A DNA stretch of 64,000 bases from Yuukianura sp. NJ FZ-2021 (taxonomy: Eukaryota): contig CM102285.1 of assembly GCA_046563655.1 (NCBI GenBank), positions 1,488,001 to 1,552,000 on the forward strand. The letters are read 5' to 3'. The notes beneath the pieces are model-generated. The model was given only the letters and a program-made list of their open reading frames with translations. It had not been told where the DNA came from and ran no database searches. Position 1 is the stretch's first letter, and each line of letters opens with the position of its first letter. Made by a program: the position numbers and the translations under genes. Below, one piece after another: positions 50,984 to 62,243 of the stretch.

Positions 50984-53900
50984 CGAATACAATAAATTCG
51001 TCATGGCTTTTGAGGAGATCAACAGCTTCTGAAGAGGTGTTGATCCAGGTGACATTTTGGTTTTACAAGGAAGCACGAACGTCCATGTCCGTAGATGTAG
51101 CTTTTGAAAAAGTGACAAGCGAACCATATCCATAGCATATGTAAACAAAAAATGTTCTCCAAAAAGAAAATTGTAACGTTTGAATTTTCCCTCTGAGAAA
51201 TTTGAACGCCCAAGTCCATTCCTGGCATTGTGCTCCTCCTGGCGTTCCTCCTCCGTTCTGGTTCTGACGCTTCTGCTGTTTTGTGAAATCAACAATGACC
51301 AAAATGTGGCTTTTGTAGTGGTTGTGGCACTTAGCCAACCTCCAAAAGCCCTTATTTATGTCCTTAATTGACACAAACACCCTAAAATATGAGTGTGCAC
51401 AATGGGAGGGACCCCTTCAAGGGCCCCCCTTCATTTGTTGACACAGAAGAGACTTTTTGCAACATAACATGGACTAACTGAAGACAATGTTCAGGAGTAG
51501 CCGTTTTACGATTTATTGTTGGAGGTTTTTGGATTTGTTTGGCATGTTACGATTTCACGAAGGGAAGTTTTTGAAAACGAAAAAAATTGAAACCTCCCGC
51601 GGTGATTCGTTCCGACCGAAAAAATGAAACCTCTTTTTAGCTTTTTGAATTTCACCAAAGCGCAACGGTTGCTTCGGTCATTAATTCACTCTCAATAAAA
51701 AGTGTCACGTACATGTGTATAAAATATGCTCATACAGTAAGCTTTTACAAAAAATTTTGTTGAAAATAGTCTTTCAAAATTTTTTGAATAGGAGAATAGC
51801 GGCAGAGCAGATGAAAAGACCGCGAGATTTCGAATGTTCAAAATTCTAAATGGAAGTACTAGCGGTAAACCCAGAATTCCTATAATGGACTAAACGAGTA
51901 TACTCAAAATTTAAAATAGAAAATCTACAAAAATTTGTCTAAAAAAGTTTCACAAAAATGCATTTCAGAAATTAGTCAGTTTTCACGTTTGTGCTAATTA
52001 TAATTATTCAAATCTTAGAGAGAGTAAAACAGAAATGGCTTGAAATTTTAAACTTTTGAAACTTTTTCTAAGTTCCACTTTTTGTTGTACTCCTCTCACA
52101 AACATAATTGATAATGTGATTTAGTCTTAAAAACGTATGTAGTTATAGTGAGAAGACGTTTTTAGTGAAAATTTGAAACAAAAAGGAAATTTTTAGAGCG
52201 CGGGAAATTTTGAATCCGTCGGGAAGAGAAATTAGAAGAGGTTTTACTCCGCCTAACTTTCTCTTCTCTAGAAACTTATTTTCACTCTGCGTGACTAAAA
52301 AGTTTTTATTACTTTCTCCACAGCTTCTCAACAAAAAAAAGCAGCCGTACTTCAACCACTCGAAACTTCCTTAGTTGAACCACAGTCTCTGAGCAGCATT
52401 TTGTAACCAAGAAGCTCATCACAATCGATCCGAGCATGAGCATTTTTGTAACTACGCGGGTTTTAGTAATACAGCAACTGCTCTGTCGTGTCTAACCTTT
52501 TGTCATCATCCCGTGTTAGACATGAGACACTCTGGGCGATGCACAGATGAAGAAAAGAACAGCGCAAGACTTTAATTAGAGCAGAAAGTGAGGGAGAAAA
52601 GAGGCGGAGCTTGTGAGAGAACCTTGATTTATGGAGAGGCTGACACGAGTTTGTGCGGGAATTTTAAATCTCCCACTTTGCCGCTTCTCAAGCCCTTCAT
52701 CTCTCAAACATCAACTTTGCATTAAGGAGAAAGCAGAGCGGAAAGTTGGAGGGAAATTTGAATTTTTAAAAGAACTGTAGAAAACTTAACGCCTCTTTCT
52801 CTCTCCCCACCCCTACTGCCTAACGTTCAAAATTGTTACAGGAGTTAATTGGATTCACCCAAAAGGAAAGTTGAGAAGGTAAATGATGATGATGATGAAG
52901 ATACTTTGTTCCTTCCAGACCCCCCCCTACTGCAGCAAGGGGGGGGGGTCTGGAAATAGTACTTTACTATGAAGAGTGATGTGCTGGTGTAGGATGGTGG
53001 CCCCCTTTACACCCCCCCTCTCACTCTTCAACCCCCCCCCCCCTTCTCCTCCCCCAAGCTATGCGACCGAACCATTTTCTCCCTACTTTGTAAACAGAGA
53101 AGGGATGCGGATTTTGGAAAGATAAATCTCTTGATTTTCATCCTTTAAGTCTATTTTATTAATGGAAAAGTGTTGAGGCGAAAAATCCTCTTTTCCATGC
53201 ATTTTCTAACGTAAATGGCAAAAGAATTCTAAGCTCCTAGTTCATCATCAATGACAAAAACTGCAATTTCGTTTATTTATATACAAATTTATTTTCAATG
53301 ACACAAGCTACACTTGCTTGTATTCATAAACAAGTTTATTTAACTGAAATTCAAATTTTCAGCATTTGGTGAAATTCAGAAATTCGAAGTGACGGTGCGT
53401 TACAATCGGTGAAGGACAAAGGATTGTTTCTGTGTTTTCATTATTCAAAATTCAAAATTTTCAAAAAAGAACCGGTTTTTGGAAGAAAAGGAAATTGAAC
53501 TTAGCCGCCGCTTTGAAAAAGACAATAGATGTTTGGAGGAAACGACAATGAAGGTGTATAAATTAATAATTAACACTTACAAATAATAAGGTATCGAACA
53601 CAACAACACAACAACTGGAAAAACGAACAACTCTTCAAATTCAAAACTTCAAACGGCTTTGCCGCCCTCTCCATTGTAACTATTATTCTCCTGTTTGTGT
53701 AGATTTTGAAATTCTGAGGTGTAATGTAATATGTTAATTTGGGAAAAACATGTTTTGGTAAGAAGGTGTTGATTTGCATTGAATAAACTCATTTATCATC
53801 AAAATAATTAGGCAATTTAATTTACAAAATTTATTGGACAATGGAACTTGGAAATTTTGAAAAAAAAAAAATACGTTAAGCTTGGTTGTTTTTAGTCATT

Positions 53901-55394
53901 TTTTGGGGTTTAAGTTGAAATTTGAAATGTTTTGGGTAGTAAAGTTGTGAAGGCGGTAGAAATCAATTTGAGGAAATGAAAGAATTGTTTTTCTTTGGTC
54001 GTTGTGCTTTTGGCTTATGGTGAAAGTGGCATAGGGTGAACCTTACGATAGGTTAGGTTATGTGTGTGTGATATTTTGTGACTAGGGAGCGTGCGTGTGG
54101 GTGAAAGTCTTGCTCATCTACATTTAATCAAGACTGACACAAAAGAGGAGTGTTTACACTACACACCCCTCCATGAATTTTTCATGACTCCAACTTTTAT
54201 TATTACCTCTCCCTTCCACTGAGACCAGGCGACATGTCACTTCGACGACATCCGACATGTCGCCTCAACATCAACCAAAACTACACTACTCACATGGTAC
54301 AGAGTCCTCCTCTCTACTACAAATATTCAGTATTATACGAAAAAACTTAACCGTAAAAGCCATCTTATGTCCCATTGTCTCTTTTTAGTACAGTTTGGTT
54401 CTACAGCATCGCATGATGTTCAGCTCTAAATATATTTATTACACACCTACAGTCACTCATCCACCTCCATCATGGAATTTGAAAAAAAATGCGCCAAAAT
54501 GGCCTCCAATTCTTTGTCAAACTTTAACCGGCCTTCAAAAATAACTAAAACAAAAACTAAAAAAAAACTAAAACTTATACTTTAAGAATTTATTTTTCAA
54601 ATTAGATAGTTTGCCGGTTTTCCTCTCATAAGTTTGGATCTTTTATATTATGGAGAAAGTTAAACTTTCTCGTGCCATTACGTTAGCTAAAGCTGTAATC
54701 TGTGTTTTTTTGTACACTATGTTTCATAATTTTTCTGGGTGTTTGTGAGGGCAGTTCCTGGCGAGGTGATTAATGACACTCGGACGGAGACAAGTCACTT
54801 TGTGTGGTTTTTCCTGCAGGACGTAAATGTCTCCTTGTGTGAAACACTCCGCAAACTACCCGCCACTTAATCTCTCAAATTCACATTCATCTTCTACTTC
54901 TAGCGCTGCTTTGCTTCACAAAAGTTCAACTGGCAGAGCTACTTTATCTCCGTGATCACTGCTTGTCCGTCTTTCTGTTCCTATGGAAAAACCTACTCAT
55001 ATTATTGCCAACGTCAAATTAAAGTGCTAAGCAAGAAAATTAATTAGACGAACTTAACTAAATTTCTTTCCACTCAGATTGAGTCTTGATCGCCTTGGGA
55101 GTAAATAATAACTTTTTCTTCGTTTTATTTTATTAATGAAACTAGTTTTTCGATTTAGACTTCTCTGCACAAGAAAACCAAAGTTAAAAGTGCAGAATAA
55201 AGCACAGTGATCGCTTAAGATAATACTAATTAATAGTCGTTTCTCTCTATAAAACACGTTCCGTGAGAAAAACCAGAAAATGCAAATCCGATTTTGTCTT
55301 GAAATTGTTGTTCAAAAGACGTTGCTTGATCAAGACGAAACAAATTTTGCTTACTTTCATTTAGTTTTGAACCGAATCTAAAGTTAACAATATT

Positions 55395-56601
55395 ATGAAG
55401 CTGCAAATTTTGGCAGTTGTTGCAGCAATTTCGTTTTTGAAATTTTGTAGTTCAAGTGGAGCTGCAGCAGCCGACTACACTCGTTCTGAAAAAGAAAAAC
55501 TGCAGAAAGTGAGTTATTAATTCCTTACATTTTTACATGTTAGTTAAAATATAGTCAAAAAAATATACTAATCCAAAAAGTATGTATTGATAAATTTGTG
55601 TATCTTTTTTTAAGTTTCGAAATATGATGCAACCAAAACTGTACCGTGATTTCATGACGAAGGACAAATACTTAATACGTTGGCTACGGAATGAAAACAT
55701 GAACTTGGAGAAGGCTAAAAGAAAGTTGAGTTGGGTAAAAAGGAATTTTGATTTACAAAATTATTACACTCAAAATAAAAAAAAATGCAAATGTTTTCAA
55801 ATATTTAAGTCTCTTGACTACCGAAGAGAGAACAAAATTGATTCCGTTTTCGAAGAAAATTATCCAGAATACAAAAGGTATTGCAAAAACTCAGTTGATG
55901 GATACGATAGAATGGGAAGACCGAGTAAGTTCAAGTTTAACAAAAATTATCAAAGAAATTTAACTTCTTTTTTTTTAATTTCAGTATTTGCAAGTGACTA
56001 TGGAACTTGTAAACTGCGGGAAATAATCGTACGTGGTCTCAACGGCGACAGATTCAAACGACGAGCTTTTCAAGTTTATGAAGAATTAAGCAAAAGAATC
56101 GCTGATGCTCCTGATAACGTTACAGATGCAATTGGGATTTCCGACACAAGTGGATTTACACTAAGAGAACACGCTTGTGTTTTATGTAAAACAAAAAATT
56201 AAGCATATTTCGAAATTTCGATTTTTTTTATATTTTATGTATTTGTTCACTTTAGGCATACCATTACAACTATTGTACCACAGAATCCAAAATGATCATT
56301 ATCCTCTTCTTTACCACCGTTTTTTCATGATCAACGGTACTAACAAATTATGAAACTTATGAAATTCTGAAGTTAATAAAATTTTGTGTTTTTGAAATTT
56401 TTGACAGTACCAAAAGTTTTTGAAAATTTGTATCAACTGATCCGCGAAACATTTTCGGAAGAAGAAAGGAAGCGCAACTTCGTTTATGGATTCAACAAGG
56501 CAGAATGGCAACCTGAACTCCTGAAGGTTATTGCATCTGACCAACTCACAACGCAATTCGGTGGTACAAAAAGTATGAACACAACACCTCATAAATCTTG
56601 A
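55395..56601 (+). CDS. CRAL-TRIO/SEC14-like lipid-binding protein with N-terminal signal peptide, copy 1 (about 274 aa)
   Basis: Exons 55395-55508, 55615-55734, 55810-55924, 55985-56185, 56256-56336, 56408-56601, all GT-AG and in frame. CRAL-TRIO-N motif DKYLIRWLR..NMNLEKA; SEC14 motifs GYDRMGRP, HYP...FMINVP..F and DQLTTQFGGT. N-terminus MKLQILAVVAAISFLKFCSSSGAAAA. Confidence 0.9.
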
Positions 56602-57637
56602 TCCATTTAGAAAAAAAGGTTTAAAAATTGTTTAAATTAAATTAATTAAAATTAAGAAAAAAGAAAATTAACAGTCTTCTTCAACATGTCGTAGACATGG
56701 GTGTGCAGGAGACTAAAAAAAATCTAAACCTTATAAGCTTTAGCCCATATATGGTCATACTACATGTCCTTAAAAAGGCTTTTTAAAAACTTTAATAACT
56801 TAAAGTTTAAGTAAAAAATGTTAGTAATTATTGTTTTTTTATTACATAAAATAAAACATTAAATATTACATAAAGTACGTGAAATACCTGCTAACGCCTA
56901 TGTCGTTAATAATGTAAAGGTTTGAGTGCAATGTAGGGCTACTAGTACATCGGAAAGCACACAGACAGACAGACAAGGTTAATGCACAAAGTAGCCTTTT
57001 CTACGTAATAAGCGCGTGCAGACTTGCTTGTGAAACTATTTTTTTTTCGATTACTTTTCTGTGTAAGAGAATCAAAGTTAAAATTGAACAATAAATACAA
57101 CGTTGTAATTTTTTTCCAAAATTTTATAGTTTTTATTTTTGAAGCTTAATTTATAAACACTTGGATGAAACTTAAAAAGTAAAGATATATTATTTCGTAT
57201 AATTCTCTTCCGGGGGGAAGCGTTCCTTAAGATGGAGGCACAGATACCAAAGTGCATTTCAAGGCTAATTCTCTGCAAAAGGAAGGACGTGGCTTTTTTG
57301 TATTTATTTTGCTAGTTAATAAAACTAATTAAAATTCATCTCTTTGCAAAAACCTGTTCCGTGAAAAAAGTCACAAGAAATTACAAATTAGCAGGAAATC
57401 TTTTGTTGCCATGACAAGGCTTGTTTAGATCAAGACGCAACAAAGGATGGTTTCGGGTTTCTGTAGAAAAACCGGCCCAGTGCCATTTGTTTGTATGTAT
57501 TTTCTCCGGCCCAATTAATAACGTTATAAAACGTTTTAAATCGCCTGTTTTTTTCACAAATGTGCACAATGTTGCACAATTCTTTCGGCCTTGTGCAACA
57601 TCAAAACTCAAAAAGCTCGAAATAGTGAAACACCTGG

Positions 57638-58272
57638 TATTGCGAAGTAGCGAGAGCTACTTTATGGTTTGACCCTGACTGTCTGTCTGGTTGTCTGCCT
57701 GGCCGTCCATCGACGACAATAATATCACTTAAAACTATATCCGTGGTGGTTGCTATTGAAAACGTTTTATAGTTTGTCTCTTTTTAGAAGGCACTGTTCA
57801 AATTCGAAAGCAATTTCAGTCGCCTTATGGATCGCTAACATAGAAATGACCAACTATCTCGAGTATGACACGATTCCACGTAATTTGGTCGGAATTAAAA
57901 TGATCGGAGGTGAAATGGTTGGAAGTGAATTGGTCGGAAAGTGAAATATTTAAGCAAATCACTTACCAAAATGACTTTTCAACATTTTCATGATTCGACC
58001 TTTCTTTGTTGCGACTATTTCACTTTCCGACCAATTCACCTTTCGACCAATTCATGTTGCGATCATTTTAGTATGCGATGTTATCACCTCCGACCTTTTC
58101 ACTTTCCGACCAATTCACTTCCGACCATTTCACCTCCGATCATTTCAATTCCGACCAAATAATCCATAGCTATCACACTGATTTGACATTATATAAGCTT
58201 TCCGCAGTGTTTTCGGTCAAACGCCAATAGGTCTTTCGCTAGTTACGTATACGCGGTTTACAATCGGTTTAT
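57638..58272 (+). mobile_element. Second, older HINE-like (Helentron-type) element nested in the Spy-like element
   Basis: 5' hairpin AAGTAGC-gaga-GCTACTT, CTGT microsatellite at 57679-57700, 3' subTIR CTTTCGCTAGTT and 3' end GCGGTTTACAATCGGTTTAT, nearly identical to the 3' end of the 46 kb element (GCGGTTTACAACCGGTTTAT). Confidence 0.7.
57872..58170. mobile_element. Foldback MITE (MULE-like) nested in the HINE-like element
   Basis: 64-bp inverted arms 57883-57946 and 58097-58160 with 2 mismatches, built of GGTCGGAAGTGAA-like subrepeats. Flanked by TATGACAC (57864-57871) and TATCACAC (58171-58178), a 7/8 TSD. Confidence 0.75.
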
Positions 58273-58296
58273 CCTCATTAGTATAACTCGTGAAAA

Positions 58297-58621
58297 TGTG
58301 CAATTTAAAAACACAAAAGGTTCGAAACTGTGCATTGTCTGATCTAGAAGGTTTGATCTTGTGCAGTGTAAAAACAGAAAAGGTACGAAGTTGTGCAATG
58401 TTAGAACGTTTTATTCCGGATTGTGCATTGCAAATAACACAAAATTTAGAAATTGTGCATTCCAAAACCGTCAAAAGATTGAAAATGTGCAGCTGGGACA
58501 CTCGGAAGTTAAAAAATGTGCAACATAAAAATTGAAAACTCGAAGATTGAAATTGTGCAACTTCGCCAACGCAAACTTAGAATTGTACAACGTTTGCACA
58601 CAAAACGGTCAAAAATGTGCA
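58297..58621 (+). repeat. Periodic array of TGTGCA motifs with about 31-32 bp spacing and diverged spacers
   Basis: Motif starts at 58297, 58329, 58360, 58392, 58422, 58454, 58486, 58517, 58554, 58584 (TGTACA) and 58616. Confidence 0.85.
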
Positions 58622-58921
58622 TAACAGTGTTAAAAACAATTTTCCTCAAGATGGAAGGAAATAAACGAAAGTTGTGATGTTTTCCGACGAAATATGGTCA
58701 ACTTTGGCGTCCCTTTTGGACTAGAACCCGAAAACGCATCACGCCAATTTTTTGAGCATCGGTTCTACTATAGGGCCACATGACGTCTGTGAAATTTCAG
58801 ACTGTTGCGTTATCGGGTTGATGCTCTTTTCCACGCTGAAAGTCATGTCCGAAATCCGAAACCATCCTTTTACTTACCTACTTTTATTACGTTTTGAGCC
58901 GATACTGAAGTTAACAAAAAT

Positions 58922-60269
58922 ATGAAGCTGCAAATTTCTACCATTGTTGGAGTAATTTTGTTTTCAGAATTCTTTAGTTCAAATGGAGCTGCAGCATCCA
59001 ATTACACAATGGCTGAAAAAGAACAACTGCAAAAAGTAAGTCACTAATCACTCATAGTTCTAATAAATGTTATGAACAAAAATTATTGCCCTAGAATGAA
59101 TGCAATCATAATTTTGTGTATTTTGTTAAAGTTTCGAAACCTGATGCAGCCTAAACTGTACCGTCACTTCATGACGAAAGACAAATACTTAATACGTTGG
59201 CTACGGAATTCAAAAATGAACCTGGAAGACGCAGAAAGAAAATTGAGTTGGGTAAAACTAAAATTTTTTGAATTTCAATTATTGCATTGAAATGTATAAA
59301 AAAACTGAAAATGTGTTCAAAAATTAATAGTCTCTCAACTACCGAAAAGAAAACAAAATTGACTCTGTTTTGCATGAAGATTTTTCTGACTACTACAAAA
59401 GGTATTGCACAAACTCACTTGCTGGACAAGATAGAGAGGGACGGCCTGGTAAGTTCTAGTTTTTAAAAAATTGTAAAAACAAAATCTAATTTTTTTTCAA
59501 AATTTTAGTAATTACAAGTGATTTAGCAACTTGTAAAACGCGGGAACTAATCGTACGTGGTCTAGGCGGCGACATATTTCAACGGCATGCTTTCCAAGTT
59601 TTTGAAAAGCTAAACAAAAGAATCACCGATGCTCCTGATAACATCACAGATTTGATTGGAATTTTCGACTTTGGTGGATTCACTCTAAGAGAACACGCTT
59701 GTCTTGCATGTACCAACACAAAAAAATAAGTTTTCAAAATTTCAATTTTTATTTTATTTTATGTGTATTTTTACACTTTAGGCAAACCACTACAACTTTT
59801 ATATCACAAGTTGCAAGAGGATCATTATCCTCTTATTTATCACCGTTTCTTCCTGATCAACGGTATTAAAAATATTGTGTTTTTTAAAAATAATTGTTTT
59901 GTTCAATGAAAACCTCTCCAAATTTTTGGATTCTCATAATCGTCAGTTTTAATCGTTTTTCATTAAATTATTACATCTAAAGCTAAAGTATTATTGCTAT
60001 TCACAACATATTTCAATAGCCTCATAGAATTAGCAAAAAAAATGTTCTACAAAGTTTTTTTTATATTTTTGATAGTGCCTAAGGCTTTCGTAAGTATTTA
60101 TCAACTGATCAAAAAGGGAGCTTCGGAAACAGCAAAAGAACGCCACTTCGTCTATGGATTCAACAAGGCAGAATGGAAACCAGAACTTCTGAAGCTTATT
60201 GCACCAGACCAACTCACAACGCAATTCGGCGGTACTAAAAGTACAAACGCAATATCTCATAAATCATAA
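58922..60269 (+). CDS. CRAL-TRIO/SEC14-like protein with signal peptide, copy 2 (about 275 aa)
   Basis: Exons 58922-59035, 59132-59251, 59331-59448, 59509-59709, 59782-59862, 60076-60269. Same intron positions and phases as copy 1, frame intact. Confidence 0.9.
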
Positions 60270-60866
60270 TCAAATTTAAAAAGTTTCACAATTTTGATAT
60301 TAAAAGAAATCTAAATCTTATTAGATCTAGCCTACATATGGTCATACTGCATATTCTAGTTTAAAATTTGAATAAAAAATGTTAGTAGTTGTTGTTTTGT
60401 TATTTCATAAAATAAAATATTAAATAACACACAAAGTAGGTAAAATAGCCGCTAAAGTCTGTTTTCTTAATGTAAGGATTGGAGTGCAATGTAGACCCAC
60501 GAAAACATCAGAAGGCACCCAGACAGACAGACAAAGTCGTAAATGCACAAAGTAACCTTCTCTACTTAATAAGCTCAAGTAAACTTGCTTGTGAGACTTA
60601 TATTTTTTTGATTCATACGTTTCTGAGCAAGAAAATCAAAGTTGAAGTGCACAATAAATACAACGTTGTACGAGATCTTCCAAGTTAATAAATTTACTAA
60701 TTAAAATTCATTTCTTTCTAAAAACCTGTTCCGTGAGAAAAGCCAAAGAAAATTCCAATTTTTCAGGAAACTTTTTGTTGAAAAGAGGTTGTTTGATCAA
60801 GACGCAACAAATTTTACTTAGCTACTTTCATTATACTTTGAGGCGAGACTGAAGTTGCTGAAAAAT

Positions 60867-62243
60867 ATGAAGTTGCCAATTTCTACAGTTGTTGCAGTGA
60901 TTTTGTTTTTGAACTTTTTTAGTTCAAATGGAGCTGCAGCATCCAATTACACAAGGGCTGAGAAAGAAAAACTGCAAAAAGTAAGGCACTAATCACTTCT
61001 ATTTATAATAAATGTTACTTAAGTTAAGAAAAAATAATAAAGAAATTATTGCCCGAGAGTGTGTCTAATACTAAATGTGAGTATTTTTTTCAAGTTTCGG
61101 AATCTGATGCAACCGAAACTGTACCGTGATTTCATGACGAAAGACAAATACTTAATACGTTGGCTAAGAAATTCAAAAATGAACCTGGAAGAAGCTCAAA
61201 GAAAGTTGAGTTGGGTAAAATCAAATTTTTGAATTTCAAATATTAAGTTCATATTTAAATAAAAAAGTTTAAATGTTTTCAAAAATTTATAGTCTCTCGA
61301 CTACCGGAAAGAGAACAAAATTGATTCTGTTATACATGAAGAATTTTCAGACTACTACAAAAGGTATTGCAAAAACTCGCTTGATGGACAAGATAGAGTG
61401 GGACGGCCTGGTAAGTTCTACTTTTTAAAAAATTGTAAAGCAAAATCTAACTTTTCTTGTAAATTTTAGTAGTTACAAGTGACTTGTCAGCTTGTAAACC
61501 GCGGGAACTAATCGTACGTGGTCTGGGCGGCGACATATTTAAACGGCATTCTATCCAATTTTTTGAAAAATTAAACCAACGAATCACTGATGCTCCGGAT
61601 AACATTACAGATGCAATTGCAATTTTCGACTTTGGTGGATTTACAATAAGAGGACACGCTTGTGCTGCATGTACAATTACAAAAAAAAAATTTAAGTTTT
61701 TAAAATTTCGAAAGTTTCAATTTATTTCATGTGTAATTTTCTACACCGTAGGCATACCGTTACAACTTGTATATCACAAGTTGCAAGAAGATCATTATCC
61801 ACTCATTTATCACCGTTTCTTCATGATCAACGGTACTAACAAAAAATTATGCTTTTTAGAAACGGTTTTTTTTAGTTAAAGTTTTTCACAATTTTTGAAT
61901 TTTCATAATCGTCTTTTATTAAATTCTTCTTTTTATTTAAAACTAAAGTACTATTGCTGCTAACAATATGTCAATACACTCATAAAATTCACAAAAAAAA
62001 GTTTTAAAACGTTTTTTTTTACTTTTGATAGTGCCAAAGGCTTTTGTAAATATTTATCAACTGATTCAAGAGGGAGCTTCAGAAACAGCAAAAGAACGGC
62101 ACTTCGTCTATGGATTCAACAAGGCAGAATGGCAACCAGAACTTCTGAAACGTATTGCACCAGACCAACTTACAACGCAATACGGTGGTACTAAAAGTAT
62201 TTACACAAAACCTCATAAACAACAATCCATTTTAAAAAATTAG
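60867..62243 (+). CDS. CRAL-TRIO/SEC14-like protein with signal peptide, copy 3 (about 281 aa)
   Basis: Exons 60867-60980, 61095-61214, 61293-61410, 61470-61670, 61752-61832, 62032-62243. Frame intact, closest to copy 2. Confidence 0.9.

Larger units (their letters stand above)
57445..58867. mobile_element. 1,423-bp non-autonomous TIR transposon inserted at AAA|TTT without TSD (Spy-like)
   Basis: TIRs GGATGGTTTCGGgTTTCtG and (reverse complement) GGATGGTTTCGGaTTTCgG, 17/19 match. The flanks rejoin as GACGCAACAAA|TTTTACTTA, identical to the empty paralogous site at 60801-60820. Confidence 0.88.

Noticed and set aside
55624-56202. 192-aa continuous ORF suggesting functional intron retention in CRAL-TRIO copy 1
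   Set aside because: Introns 2 and 3 (75 and 60 nt) are stop-free by chance. The equivalent introns in copies 2 and 3 contain stops or shift the frame.
56573-56694. Possible extra intron after GGTK leading to a GOLD domain or alternative C-terminus
   Set aside because: A GT follows GGTK in all copies, but no conserved downstream coding exon is visible and AATAAA signals follow in copies 1 and 2. It cannot be fully excluded without cDNA.
58297-58621. CRISPR-like repeat-spacer appearance
   Set aside because: The conserved part is only about 6 bp, spacers are mutually related, the context is eukaryotic and no cas genes are present.
55509-62031. Non-canonical splicing in the CRAL-TRIO genes
   Set aside because: All 15 introns are GT-AG. 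Some have weak donors or AAG acceptors, which is not exceptional.
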